Notes under the pieces: generated by a model | What the model was told of the DNA's origin: nothing | What the model saw: the letters and a program-made list of their open reading frames with translations, nothing else | Databases searched by the model: none | DNA from: Epithemia pelagica | Taxonomy: Eukaryota > Protista > Bacillariophyta | DNA length: 64,000 nucleotides | Reading direction: 5' to 3' | NCBI GenBank assembly: GCA_946965045.2 | Contig: OX337229.1 | Coordinates: 2,790,001 to 2,854,000 of the forward strand | Program-made: the position numbers and the translations under genes | In this document: in pieces, positions 1 to 9,793 of the stretch | Layout: the number at the start of each line of letters is the position of its first letter | How positions within the stretch are numbered: position 1 is the stretch's first letter

Positions 1-320
1 GGTTCCGTGGCTGTGGCTGGAACTTGTTCCATGATCGCAACTTCTTCGGGAGTCGATTCGTCGTGTGACAGGGCTTGATCAGCCCCACCATTGTCTTGAG
101 GTTCTGGCACAGCGTCGGATTCCAATCCTTCTGGTTCTTCTTCTTGTGCGTTGGGATCAAAGATATCGTGCAACTCGCTCGACGATAGACCTCGACGGTC
201 CGACCGCTCCGTTCCACGAAGGCCTCCTCCTTCGTGCGGTGCTGGAGTACCGTCTCCTTGACCAGAACCTGTACCCACCGAAAGAAGCAGCAGCAACAGC
301 AACAAGGACGGCCGTGTCAT
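1..320 (-). CDS. 5' part of a probable secreted/acidic protein, runs off the window edge
   Basis: Manual translation of the minus strand from ATG at 320: MTRPSLLLLLLLSVGTGSGQGDG...EEEPEGLESDAVPEPQD..., open to position 1. Hydrophobic signal-peptide-like N-terminus. Not in the ORF track because it has no stop in the window. Confidence 0.6.
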   Translation of the reverse strand, partial: MTRPSLLLLLLLLSVGTGSGQGDGTPAPHEGGGLRGTERSDRRGLSSSELHDIFDPNAQEEEPEGLESDAVPEPQDNGGADQALSHDESTPEEVAIMEQVPATATE

Positions 321-1324
321 GCGGGTGACACTGGACGGAACAAACATGATAGTGGACATGACGCGATAGATTCAGTTTTCGTTTTGTGTTTTTCTGAAAA
401 GTGAATGCAAGCAGTCGTTGGATGACAAGCATGACAATCTCTGGAGGATGATGACTCATCTTGGAGAAAGAGAAAACGGAATCAACACACATGTTGAATC
501 ACACATCTGTTGGACAGAAGCGAAAGGAAGCGGGAGAGTGACAAGAAGAGGCTTTCCACAGGACAGAAACGAGCCTTCACGAAATGGAGAGGAGGGTGCA
601 ATCCATTTGCTCGAGGCGTTTGTAGATGCAACAGTGCGATCATCGGCCTCGAGAAGGTACGACACGCTTCCGAGTGGCCTCTGGTTCGGAGCAAGATGGT
701 GATGGTGGGTGTCTTGCGTATGAGGCGGCCTGTTGTTTGGAACCAAGATGGCGGATTCCTGTGTGTCTGTATCTTGTTTACTCGCTCTTGTAATGTAGGT
801 CTTGACGCATGATTGAATCGTGTCGCAGTGTCAGAAGCGCCAACGGACGGCGACCATGGTGGTAAAGAGGCAACCGAACGCCTGCTGCAGTGTAATGTGA
901 CCAACAAAGTAGGATTGCATGTACGAAGAATCGCGTACAAAAAGGTGGTGGCGGCCGGAAGAGCTGTCCGCCTACGATATCACACGACGGAACAACGGCG
1001 CATGGGAGTCGTTCGAATACTCGTAGCTGTTATGCTCCGCACATCTTTTTGACGTTGCTCGTTTCGACACATGCAACCAGATCTTGGTTTGGATCTCTGG
1101 AATCTGGACTCTCGAGGCGCTTTGTCTTTTGTGGGGATAGTTTCTCGGTTCCGTGGGGGGATTTGGGGGACCACCCCCATAGTTTTGGAACTTCCACGTC
1201 GTACACCGTGATTCACCTTCTGTACAAGTCCCAACCGGAACCTCGACCGTCTCACATACAACGAGACGATTTCCCAACACACTTCATAAAAAGATGAGAT
1301 CCTTTCGGCCTTTGGACCGATGAG

Positions 1325-2089
1325 AGTATTAATACTTCCCGGTGTCGAGTCCTTTCAAGGAGGGACCGCCCGGCGAGGAGGGTAGAATGACGAGGAGGGC
1401 AATGGTCGAGGAGGGCGCACGCCCGACAAGACAATTGCCCGTCGAGTCATTCTCCCGACAAGCCGGGCGCGCCCGACGCGAGAGGACGGCCAGACACAGG
1501 GAAGTAGTAAACTTACTCCCTATCAAGCTGTGTAGGTAGTGAGAAATTCCTTGAAGCCATGTCACAAAGTGTCACACAAGTGTCACACACGAGGGGGAAA
1601 CCGCGCGACTCGCACGAAACTACTTCCCGGTTGTACAAAAAATTCCTACTGTAGTATAGAAATGTGAGACGAACTACCTACACAGTCTGGTATGGAGTTA
1701 GTATTAATACTTCCCGGTGTCGAGTCCTTTCAAGGAGGGACCGCCCGGCGCGGAGGGTAGAATGACGAGGAGGGCAATGGTCGAGGAGGGCGCACGCCCG
1801 ACAAGACAATTGCCCGTCGAGTCATTCTCCCGACAAGCCGGGCGCGCCCGACGCGAGAGGACGGCCAGACACAGGGAAGTAGTAAACTTACTCCCTATCA
1901 AGCTGTGTAGGTAGTGAGAAATTCCTTGAAGCCATGTCACAAAGTGTCACACAAGTGTCTCACAAGTGTCACACACGAAAGGGAAACCGTGCGACTCGCA
2001 CGAAACTACTTCCCGGTCGTACAAAAAATTCTTACTGTAGTATAAAAATGTGAGACGAACTACCTACACAGTCTGGTATGGAGTTAGTA
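1325..2089 (+). repeat. Head-to-tail dimer of a 375/386-bp non-coding, highly self-complementary unit
   Basis: Copy 1 is 1325-1699 and copy 2 is 1700-2085, followed by AGTA (2086-2089). The copies differ by about 7 substitutions and one extra 11-nt GTGTC(T)CACAA-type repeat. The duplicated 65/78-aa ORFs in the track reflect this repeat. Confidence 0.97.
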
Positions 2090-2492
2090 GTATACTCGTA
2101 CTCGTAGCCTCTTATGGCATTGTTATCTCGTCCGAAATCCCCCAAAATTCACAGTTCCCCCAGATCCCAATGCGCTTTTCCTATTATTAGGTAGTACTCC
2201 TAACTCCAAACTCCTACTCCAGTGTCCAGTGATCCATAATCCATAATCCTTCTGGTACGACAAAGTTAACTCGGGACCGAAAGGAGACTCACGAATGCTT
2301 CCTCTCCCCTCAGCCTTGAAGTTGACGGACTCAATTGTTATCGCCTGCCCGATCAAGACTACGACCAAAGAAAAGTAGATAGCCGTTGGAAACGCAGGGC
2401 GTCCCTCCCGGATCCTACCTTTTGGTATCATCTATCGCAATCGCATTTGGTATAAGATCCACCATACCAAAAACCAAAGTGTTGATGGCAAC

Positions 2493-4494
2493 ATGACAAT
2501 CCCAATCCCACTCACTTTGGCAGGCATAACAAAAACATCCGATCAACCAGAACCACCGTCACCAGCGTCCTTCTCCTACGACGCGCACCAACTGGCAACC
2601 ACGCACTTCAAGATCAACGTCAGAGAATCCCCAAAAACCCCAGAACCAACCAAGAGCTCACTCTTCCAATTCACTACGTTCAGACGGCAAAGGCTTGATC
2701 ACCTTTGGCGCCGTTCAGAGAATTTTAAGAGGATTTTTGCCGCTCCCGCAGTTCCCACAATTTTGCGGCCCCTCGCGTTTCCTCGGGTGCTCCAGGGGGG
2801 GGACCGTGGTCAAATCACGTTTGCTCCTGATCCAAGTGCTTCGGAGTTTGGTTCCAAAGTGGATTTGGCCTCGCGTGATACGTCGGATGTGTCGAGTAAT
2901 TTGGTATCGTTGTTCTGCCCGTTCAAGACAAGAAGCTTCTTTGCCTCGGCATCAAGAGGGTGGGAAACACCTTTTGCATCGACCCCAAGTGCTCCAAAGC
3001 CGGGGACCATGGCATGGGCGTCCCCCCTCATGACCTTGGCGTTGCCGGAGGCGTGTATATCATGAAGAATACTGCCTCAGCCTTTTGTTCACCCGTGGTT
3101 CCGATGGACATGGTCAGTCCTGAGGTAGTGAACAAACTGAAGGAGGAAAAGCACTCCTTGAGTGATTGGATCAAGAAGTTCTTGGTCCTGCGTCGACTTG
3201 ATCACATCAAGTCTGAAGGCGTTTCCTCCCCTTCTTTTGAAGATGAGGAGTCAAGGGTTGTGAAAGCAACCGTTCTTGATACTCCTATGACTACCACCAA
3301 GTCCATGCGAAAAACTTCCGTCACCTTTGCGGTTGACAACTTCTCGCCGCATCGGAAGATCCTCGCGGGCGATATCACCGAGGTTGTCCGTAGAGTCCAA
3401 CAAGACCCCTCCATCATCCCCACGGTGGTCCGTGAGGTAGAAGATTCAGTGATGGAGGCTGGCGAATTGATCCAGGCTCTATCAAAGGATCAATCCCAAG
3501 CCAAGAAGGAAACAGTGAATTCCGTGGAGTCGCTGGGCCTTCAACTTGAGAAATTGCAAATGGAGATTGGGCCGAGGGAGGAATTGCAGGAAGAATTCCA
3601 AGCCCCTACCCTGTGGGGTATCATCCAGGCCATCACCGGCTCCCTCTCCCAGTCCAAACCTTCTGTCCAGCTAGAGGCTACCGAGGAGGATAAAATTCTT
3701 CAAATTGAAGCAGACCTTTCGAAGACGGCGACCTTTGTGCGATCCCTGCAAATGGATACTTTGGCTCGCCTTCAGACGCTCCAAGCGGAATCAAAAGGAT
3801 GGGTTGACAGTCTCCGAACCAGTTTGGTCAAAGGATTACAAGGCCTGATTTCTCGTGTGGGAAATGTGGAACAACAGGTGGTGGCTATTTCCCAGCAGCA
3901 AGCTGCCTCTAGTTCCATGGGCTGGAGCAGGAGCCCGAGGCTCGCTCACTAGCGATGTCAATGCTGTCAATGTCCATTGGTTGTTGTCGTGAGCTCATCA
4001 ATTACTTCGACGAAACCATGAATGAGTTAATGACCAAATCGAAGTTCACCAAGAAAAAGGCCTTTAGTTTAGTGACTCAAGTGGTTCGGCGGTTCTTCCT
4101 TGACTTGTACAAGGTTCGAGCCCAGGTCTACTCATAGCTCTCTACAGCGGACAGTGCCGGGCAGTGTGCATGGATGTTGTATGGGGTTCTCCGAACCCAT
4201 GACATCATGACGGAGTATTCTCAGGCAAGGTTCAAAAACCACCCCTCGGTGTCTAGTGAATACATCCAATTCTTATCCACTAATTCAGGATTTGAATCGC
4301 TCAAGACGCTGGAAGACAAGGTTGATCATCACAAGCAAACGCTTGGTCAAATCACCAAGGATTGTCAAGCAGCGAAGAAGGCGGCGGAGACCGCGAATAG
4401 CACCGTTGATACGCTCAAGAAGGAATTACAAGAACTCAAACGCAACAACAAGAAGCGTCAGGGCAACTCTGGTGGTGCTGGTGACGCCTCTTGA
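2493..4494 (+). pseudogene. Interrupted gag-like ORF1 of the YR retrotransposon
   Basis: Pieces 2493-~2900, ~2900-3952 (C-x10-FC-x4-C-x5-H motif LCLGIKRVGNTFCIDPKCSKAGDH, then coiled coil) and 3955-4494 (in-frame TAG at 4135-4137, then LRTHDIM...FKNHPSVSSEYIQFL and a C-terminal coiled coil). Frame changes near 2900 and 3950. Confidence 0.65.
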
Positions 4495-4575
4495 AATCTA
4501 GGAGCATCTAAATTAGGACCGGATGATTCTACAATCGAAGACTCCTATTTAGATGCTCTTAGTGTAGCGTCGTCT

Positions 4576-5340
4576 GTGACCACAGCTACAGAAACATTTC
4601 CGTTCACCCCTCCCCGTGTCCGGCCCAACCCTCCGAGGGATATCTCCTGTCCTCGACCCACAAAGCGAATGGTGGACCGGGGGGAGCGTGTCTTCCGAGA
4701 AGATCTCTCTTGCCTATTGCTGGGGCAAAGCAGCTGCTATTGGGGCCTGGCCTTAAATCCAGGCGACTGGAGCGGCATTTACATGCTTAGCTCTGACTAT
4801 GCCGCTCGACGGGCTGATCCTTTCTGGCGGTGTGTCCCTGATTACTTCAAAGACAAGTTGTTTCTGGTCCCAAGTATCGACATGGTGTTGGGCCGCATGC
4901 TTATTTCTGTGGTTCTCCTCGAAGGCGATCCGGATTTCTTGTCCTCACAACTGGTGTCTGTGCCGCGTGATTGGGCTGTGCTTTTCTTATTGCCTTCCGG
5001 GTGGACTCGTCCGTTGTTGCCTGATGTGACCTGGATCACAGTCACTCACAAGCAATGCGGGGGTATTACCTCCGCTCGAGTCAACATTGGTAGACGGCAT
5101 GTCCCTCCCCTTCATTTCAAAACAACGGTGCGGCGGTCTATTTCTTCCGTCCTTGACCATTCGATTCGACCACAATACTGCACTGATGCCGGGCCTGACG
5201 AGCCACATTACTTGGGGGTCAGCAGTTTGTTGACTTGGGCCCTTGATTGACCTATTCTGCTCCCTACCACCTTCTTCAAATCTGGATGGGGCTACCGTCG
5301 ACTTTCCCCTGGGGAACTGGGGACTGCCTTTGATTTACCT
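4576..5340 (+). pseudogene. N-terminal region of pol, same frame as 5347-8475 and separated only by TGA at 5248-5250; possible degenerate C5-methyltransferase-like fold
   Basis: 4576 and 5347 are in the same frame. Reading through the TGA gives ...WALD*PILLPTTFFKSGWGYRRLSPGELGTAFDLPLWLDPSS... continuous with pol. Confidence 0.55.
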
Positions 5341-5346
5341 TTATGG

Positions 5347-8300
5347 TTGGATCCTTCCTCTCCTCCCTTTGTTTGGTGGCGCAGCCAATTGCTCTCCCCT
5401 CGCACGATTCCTATTAAGATCCCGTCTACCATTTTGTCCGCGGCCTTGCCTCACTTGCTCCCCGTGTTGGTCCATCACACTTGCGAGCATGCGTGTGTCA
5501 AACGTGACCCCACACCGCTTTCTCCTCCTACTCCCAAACGTGGTCGTTGGCTTCCTCTTTCTGTTGAAACGGTGCAAGATGGCGTCGTGGGTACGTGGCT
5601 CCCGGCCATCCGGAGCTTTCTCCCTCACTCTGCGTGGTTGGACGAGTCGTTGATTGCTGCGCAGGCCACCAAATCGGATGATGCCATTACCCCGTTTTGG
5701 CTTTGGGACAAGCGCATCCAGGGCATTTTCCCTTGGCTCACCACCCGCGCGTTGGACGGTTTCCGTCTCCTGGCTGTTCGCTGGTGGAGACGTTCCCTTT
5801 TTCGGGTTTTTACGGCTTATTTGCGCTCCCGATTTGGAGCCTCATGGTTGGATTTGTTGACTGTGGGCGCAAAGGCTCAAGGGGGGGGGGATATTTTCTC
5901 TTTGCAAGACGTCCGCCTCGCCGGTTGTTCCGTTCTGTCTCAGCTGCTTGGCGCCTCTTGGTGGGAATGGGATCATGGATCCTCACTAATCTTCTGGCGG
6001 TGGAATGGCCTGGAGCAACAACGGAACGCGCACTTTGGCCAACCCATTCGTGTGGCAGCCCCTCTCCCCTCCAACAAACGGCCTCAACGTCCTCCCGCTC
6101 CCGACTCGGTCCCACGGGTGGCCGCAAAACTTGCTAAAGTGTTGCATCGGGGCTTCTTCGATCAAGGACAACCGATCCAGAGTCTTACGGATTTCTTTGA
6201 TGTTCCAAAGGGCGATTCGGATATCCGGATGGTCTATAACGGAACTAGTAGTGGGCTCAATGACGCCCTTTGGGCGCCAAACTTTTGGCTCCCCACCGCT
6301 GAGTCTTCCTTGCGATTACTCACCAGCGAGTCCTACTGTGGGGATATGGACCTGGGTGAAATGTTTCTCAACTTCCCCATGGACGTTAATCTCCGTCCAT
6401 ACGCTGGAGTTGATCTCCACCCTATCGTCCATGCTCTTCCCGCGGATGCGCTGACCCACCGCAACTCGGACCAAGTTCGTTGGAATCGTCTTTTCATGGG
6501 CATGCTCCCCAGCCCGTATCACTCTGTCGAACAATTTTACCTTGCCGAGGAAGTTGCAATTGGGTCCCCCTCGGAACCGGATAACCCATGTGGATTTGAT
6601 GAGATCCGTTTCAACATACCAGGATCTTCAGACTACAACCCAGTGCTTCCCTGGACCATGAAGTGGAACACCAAATCTGATTCTATTGCTGGAGACTCCA
6701 TCACCTACATGGATGATATTCGTATAGTGGGATCCTCTGCGGAGAATGCCTGGCAGGTAGCCCGAAGGCTCCAATACTTCGGTATCCAAGACGCACCTAG
6801 AAAGCGTCGCCCTCCTTCAAAAACGCCTGGAGCATGGGCTGGCTCAGTGCAACATATCACCAAAGACGCCGTGTCTAAAACGGTAACTCAAGCCAAATGG
6901 GATAAAGGTCGAAACATCATCGCGCCTTATGTGGAGGCGTTCAAACAAACCGACACCCTCCCAACCTTCTCCCACAAACAGATGCAGCGAGATGTGGGTT
7001 TTCTAGTCCATCTTGCCCTAACTTACGCCGCCCTTATGCCTTTCTTAAAGGGTTTTTACCTCACAATGAACAATTGGAGGGGAGGAAGCAATGCTGATGG
7101 TTGGAAACTGAGTGCACGAGAATGGATCTCGTTACTCCAAGTCAAGATGGCCGATCAAGAAGTCAATTCAATTTGCGGCCTGCTGGAGGACGATGAAGAC
7201 AATCGTGACACCAAATCCACAACACCAACTCAGCGCAGCAGTGCAAAGCCTCCTCAACAAATTCAAGCGGTTCCTAGGCTGCGTTCAGATATCAAAGCTA
7301 TTGCCATCATGTTCGAAACCTCCAATCCGCCCATCATTCAAGTTCGCAGCTCTTCCATCTTTGTTGCTATCTACGGTGCAGGAGATGCGTCTGGAACTGG
7401 GTTTGGCTCTGCTATCCTCCTACCTCAAAAGAGCTTATCTTACAGGATTGGCGTATGGCGACATGACGATGTGGTTGGTGAATCCTTGAATTGGAAAGAA
7501 TTCACAAACTGTGTCGAGGCAATGGAGGAAGAGGCGGAAAAGGGAAACCTCTCATCAACGGAGCTCTTCTTCTTCACAGACAATACTACCGTAGAGAGAT
7601 GTTTCTACAAAGGTTCATCGTCAAGCGAAAAATTACTGGACCTAATAATGCGGCTTCGACGACTGGAAATGCGCTATTCCCTCCGCTTGCACATCTCTCA
7701 TGTGTCGGGCAAACGCATGATCGCCTGGGGAGTAGATGGCATTTCCAGAGGACAACTTAATGAAGGAGTCATGGCCGGCAAGCCAATGCTTTCTTTCATA
7801 CCCCTACACAAAACACCTATGCAAATGTCACCGACACTATTTGAATGGGTGAAGTCCTGGTTGGGCCCCAAGACTGAACTACTTACCCCTATGGACTGGT
7901 TCACCACGGGCCATGACATACGGGGATGGACTCTCCCATCCGAATACAATCAACTGTCCCTGCCAATCCTCAGGCCAGGACATTTTGTATGGAGTCCTCC
8001 ACCGGGAGCAGCAGACGTGGCAATCGAGCAACTTCGTAAGGCCCGGCACAAGCGTCAAAGATCTACCCACATCTTTTTCTGTCAACGCCTGCTGACTCCC
8101 AAGTGGTACAAGCAACTACACAAAGCTTGCGATTTAGTAATTGAAATACCGGCAGTGACGAGATTTTGGCCAAAGGAAAACTTCGAACCCCTCATCATTG
8201 GTTTTGTTTTCCCTTTCCTTAGGTCAAAACCCTGGCAACTCCGAGGTACACCTAAGATGTTCGCAATTGAGCGGACTCTGCGAAAACTGTGTCCGGAGGA

Positions 8301-8475
8301 TGAAGTGGCAGGACGGAATCTTCTGTGGAAATTTCTCGTTCAAGCTTGGAAAATGGGATCCATGTCAGAAGTCATGGTGTCCCGAGTGTTATTCTTTGAA
8401 AGAGGACACAAGTTTCTACATCGCGAGCAAGTTTACCCTAAAAGAAGAAAACGACGACGATCGACTGGTAGCTAG
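5347..8475 (+). CDS. Pol of YR retrotransposon: reverse transcriptase + RNase H + C-terminal MT-like domain
   Basis: RT motifs DMDLGEMFLNF, MGMLPSPY, TYMDD. RNase H motifs GDASGTGFG, FFTDNTTVE, HVSGKRMIAWGVDGISRG. C-terminal FVWSPPP...KARHKR segment resembles the DIRS MT-like domain. Confidence 0.9.
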   Translation: MDPSSPPFVWWRSQLLSPRTIPIKIPSTILSAALPHLLPVLVHHTCEHACVKRDPTPLSPPTPKRGRWLPLSVETVQDGVVGTWLPAIRSFLPHSAWLDESLIAAQATKSDDAITPFWLWDKRIQGIFPWLTTRALDGFRLLAVRWWRRSLFRVFTAYLRSRFGASWLDLLTVGAKAQGGGDIFSLQDVRLAGCSVLSQLLGASWWEWDHGSSLIFWRWNGLEQQRNAHFGQPIRVAAPLPSNKRPQRPPAPDSVPRVAAKLAKVLHRGFFDQGQPIQSLTDFFDVPKGDSDIRMVYNGTSSGLNDALWAPNFWLPTAESSLRLLTSESYCGDMDLGEMFLNFPMDVNLRPYAGVDLHPIVHALPADALTHRNSDQVRWNRLFMGMLPSPYHSVEQFYLAEEVAIGSPSEPDNPCGFDEIRFNIPGSSDYNPVLPWTMKWNTKSDSIAGDSITYMDDIRIVGSSAENAWQVARRLQYFGIQDAPRKRRPPSKTPGAWAGSVQHITKDAVSKTVTQAKWDKGRNIIAPYVEAFKQTDTLPTFSHKQMQRDVGFLVHLALTYAALMPFLKGFYLTMNNWRGGSNADGWKLSAREWISLLQVKMADQEVNSICGLLEDDEDNRDTKSTTPTQRSSAKPPQQIQAVPRLRSDIKAIAIMFETSNPPIIQVRSSSIFVAIYGAGDASGTGFGSAILLPQKSLSYRIGVWRHDDVVGESLNWKEFTNCVEAMEEEAEKGNLSSTELFFFTDNTTVERCFYKGSSSSEKLLDLIMRLRRLEMRYSLRLHISHVSGKRMIAWGVDGISRGQLNEGVMAGKPMLSFIPLHKTPMQMSPTLFEWVKSWLGPKTELLTPMDWFTTGHDIRGWTLPSEYNQLSLPILRPGHFVWSPPPGAADVAIEQLRKARHKRQRSTHIFFCQRLLTPKWYKQLHKACDLVIEIPAVTRFWPKENFEPLIIGFVFPFLRSKPWQLRGTPKMFAIERTLRKLCPEDEVAGRNLLWKFLVQAWKMGSMSEVMVSRVLFFERGHKFLHREQVYPKRRKRRRSTGS

Positions 8476-9793
8476 CGAGTGGCGGTCCCGAACCAAAGAC
8501 ATATCTGAAGATTTCGTTCGAGCCAGAAAGGGAGATCACCTAATGACCCCCTTCGAATGCGACTTGTGCATCTTTAGAAAGCTTCGGCACGTCAACCCAG
8601 ACCCTCAACAACCTCAAGACCAATATCTCCTCAAGTGCATCCGAAGAATGAACCTAGACGCATTCTGGAGCCGCGCTTCCAGCACGGTCAAACAGAACCA
8701 CTTACTCGCCACCCGAATGATTGACCGCTCCTCCAAGGTTGGAATCCCTTATGGTCCTTTCATTCGACGTCAGCCCTTCCCTTCGTTCGATCATTGCGGA
8801 TACCACACCGCTTACCTAATGCTTGATGCCTCCCTGGATCAAGGACGATATCACAAGGATCACAAACAATTCGACTCCATTCGAAAAATACGATCCACTT
8901 ATTCAAACTTTATCAGAACAACCACTTCCACAATTGTTGGCCAACTACCCCTCACTCTTCTAGACAATGACGTAAAATCTTCATTACGCATTGGCTCCGA
9001 CGAAAGTGGTTCCTTGTGGTTTGCCCTATTCACCGAAGGTTGTAAACGGAGAATGGGCCAGGACTGGAGACCGGACCAAGCTATTACCCCGGAATTAATG
9101 ATCGCTCTCCTTGATCATTTGGAACACCTCATTATCAATGCATCTCGACAGGAAGACTCCTATTTCATGATTATGGCTGGAGCGTACTTTATCACTTGCT
9201 TCGTCCTTTCCTTGCGTGGTCCAGAGGGCCTCCTGTTGAATCTAGAAGGCATTTTGAAGCACGGCGATGCCCAATCGCACAAGGACTGCGTCGTCATTGT
9301 TCTATGGGGACAAGTAAAAGGCGAACATATCGAACGATCTCATCTCCTCCCTTCGATCAACACGACTGGGTCCGGACTGCAAGTTCGACGATGGATAAGA
9401 AGAGCAGTGGTCCTCGCTCAAGATAACTCAAGGAGCAGAGGACCTTTGATGCTCCACAAAAACGGTGACAACATCAAACCAAGACAACTGGACGACCTCC
9501 TTCATCAAACACTCACGGCCATCTATTCCACCTCTCCAGAACTGTTCCCCTCCACCGCCATCAGAAACGAAGAAGACATTGCTTTGAAATATTCTGCCTT
9601 CCGATCCTTCCGCAGAGGCTCCAACACAAGAGCCAAAGAAATGGGTGTCTCCGTCCCAGACACAGAAGTCGTCAACAGATGGCGTGGCCGTGACAAGGCG
9701 GGGACCAGAAAACAAGGAGGTCCCATCGACCAGATGTATTCAGACCTCTCCCTTTTGATTGCACCATTCATCCGGTACACCAAAAGCATGTAA
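8198..9793 (+). CDS. Tyrosine recombinase (probable ATG 8300), overlapping the 3' end of pol in another frame
   Basis: Catalytic-type motifs LSLRGPEG (R), RSFRRG (HxxR equivalent), NRW and QMYSD (Y). Cys-rich N-terminus FCGN...PCQKSWCPEC and FECDLC. Confidence 0.88.
   Translation: MVLFSLSLGQNPGNSEVHLRCSQLSGLCENCVRRMKWQDGIFCGNFSFKLGKWDPCQKSWCPECYSLKEDTSFYIASKFTLKEENDDDRLVASEWRSRTKDISEDFVRARKGDHLMTPFECDLCIFRKLRHVNPDPQQPQDQYLLKCIRRMNLDAFWSRASSTVKQNHLLATRMIDRSSKVGIPYGPFIRRQPFPSFDHCGYHTAYLMLDASLDQGRYHKDHKQFDSIRKIRSTYSNFIRTTTSTIVGQLPLTLLDNDVKSSLRIGSDESGSLWFALFTEGCKRRMGQDWRPDQAITPELMIALLDHLEHLIINASRQEDSYFMIMAGAYFITCFVLSLRGPEGLLLNLEGILKHGDAQSHKDCVVIVLWGQVKGEHIERSHLLPSINTTGSGLQVRRWIRRAVVLAQDNSRSRGPLMLHKNGDNIKPRQLDDLLHQTLTAIYSTSPELFPSTAIRNEEDIALKYSAFRSFRRGSNTRAKEMGVSVPDTEVVNRWRGRDKAGTRKQGGPIDQMYSDLSLLIAPFIRYTKSM

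Larger units (their letters stand above)
2493..9793 (+). mobile_element. Tyrosine-recombinase retrotransposon (DIRS/Ngaro-like), coding core; termini not defined
   Basis: Order is gag-like ORF, then RT-RNaseH-MT-like ORF, then an overlapping tyrosine recombinase ORF. No integrase or protease. No DIRS-type ITR/ICR or Ngaro split direct repeats found by eye. Confidence 0.9.

Noticed and set aside
1329-1940. 65-aa and 78-aa duplicated ORFs as real genes
   Set aside because: They arise from the GC-rich structured repeat; no domain or coding-like features.
1325-2089. Hammerhead ribozyme / Penelope pLTR or retrozyme identity for the tandem unit
   Set aside because: No CUGANGA core on either strand in this unit or in 10640-10990, by eye. 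Other ribozyme classes were not tested.
1158-2168. 13-bp imperfect inverted repeat GGGATTTGGGGGA / TCCCCCAGATCCC flanking the dimer as TIRs
   Set aside because: Short and low-complexity, no TSD, and not at a composition boundary; more likely G-box promoter motifs.
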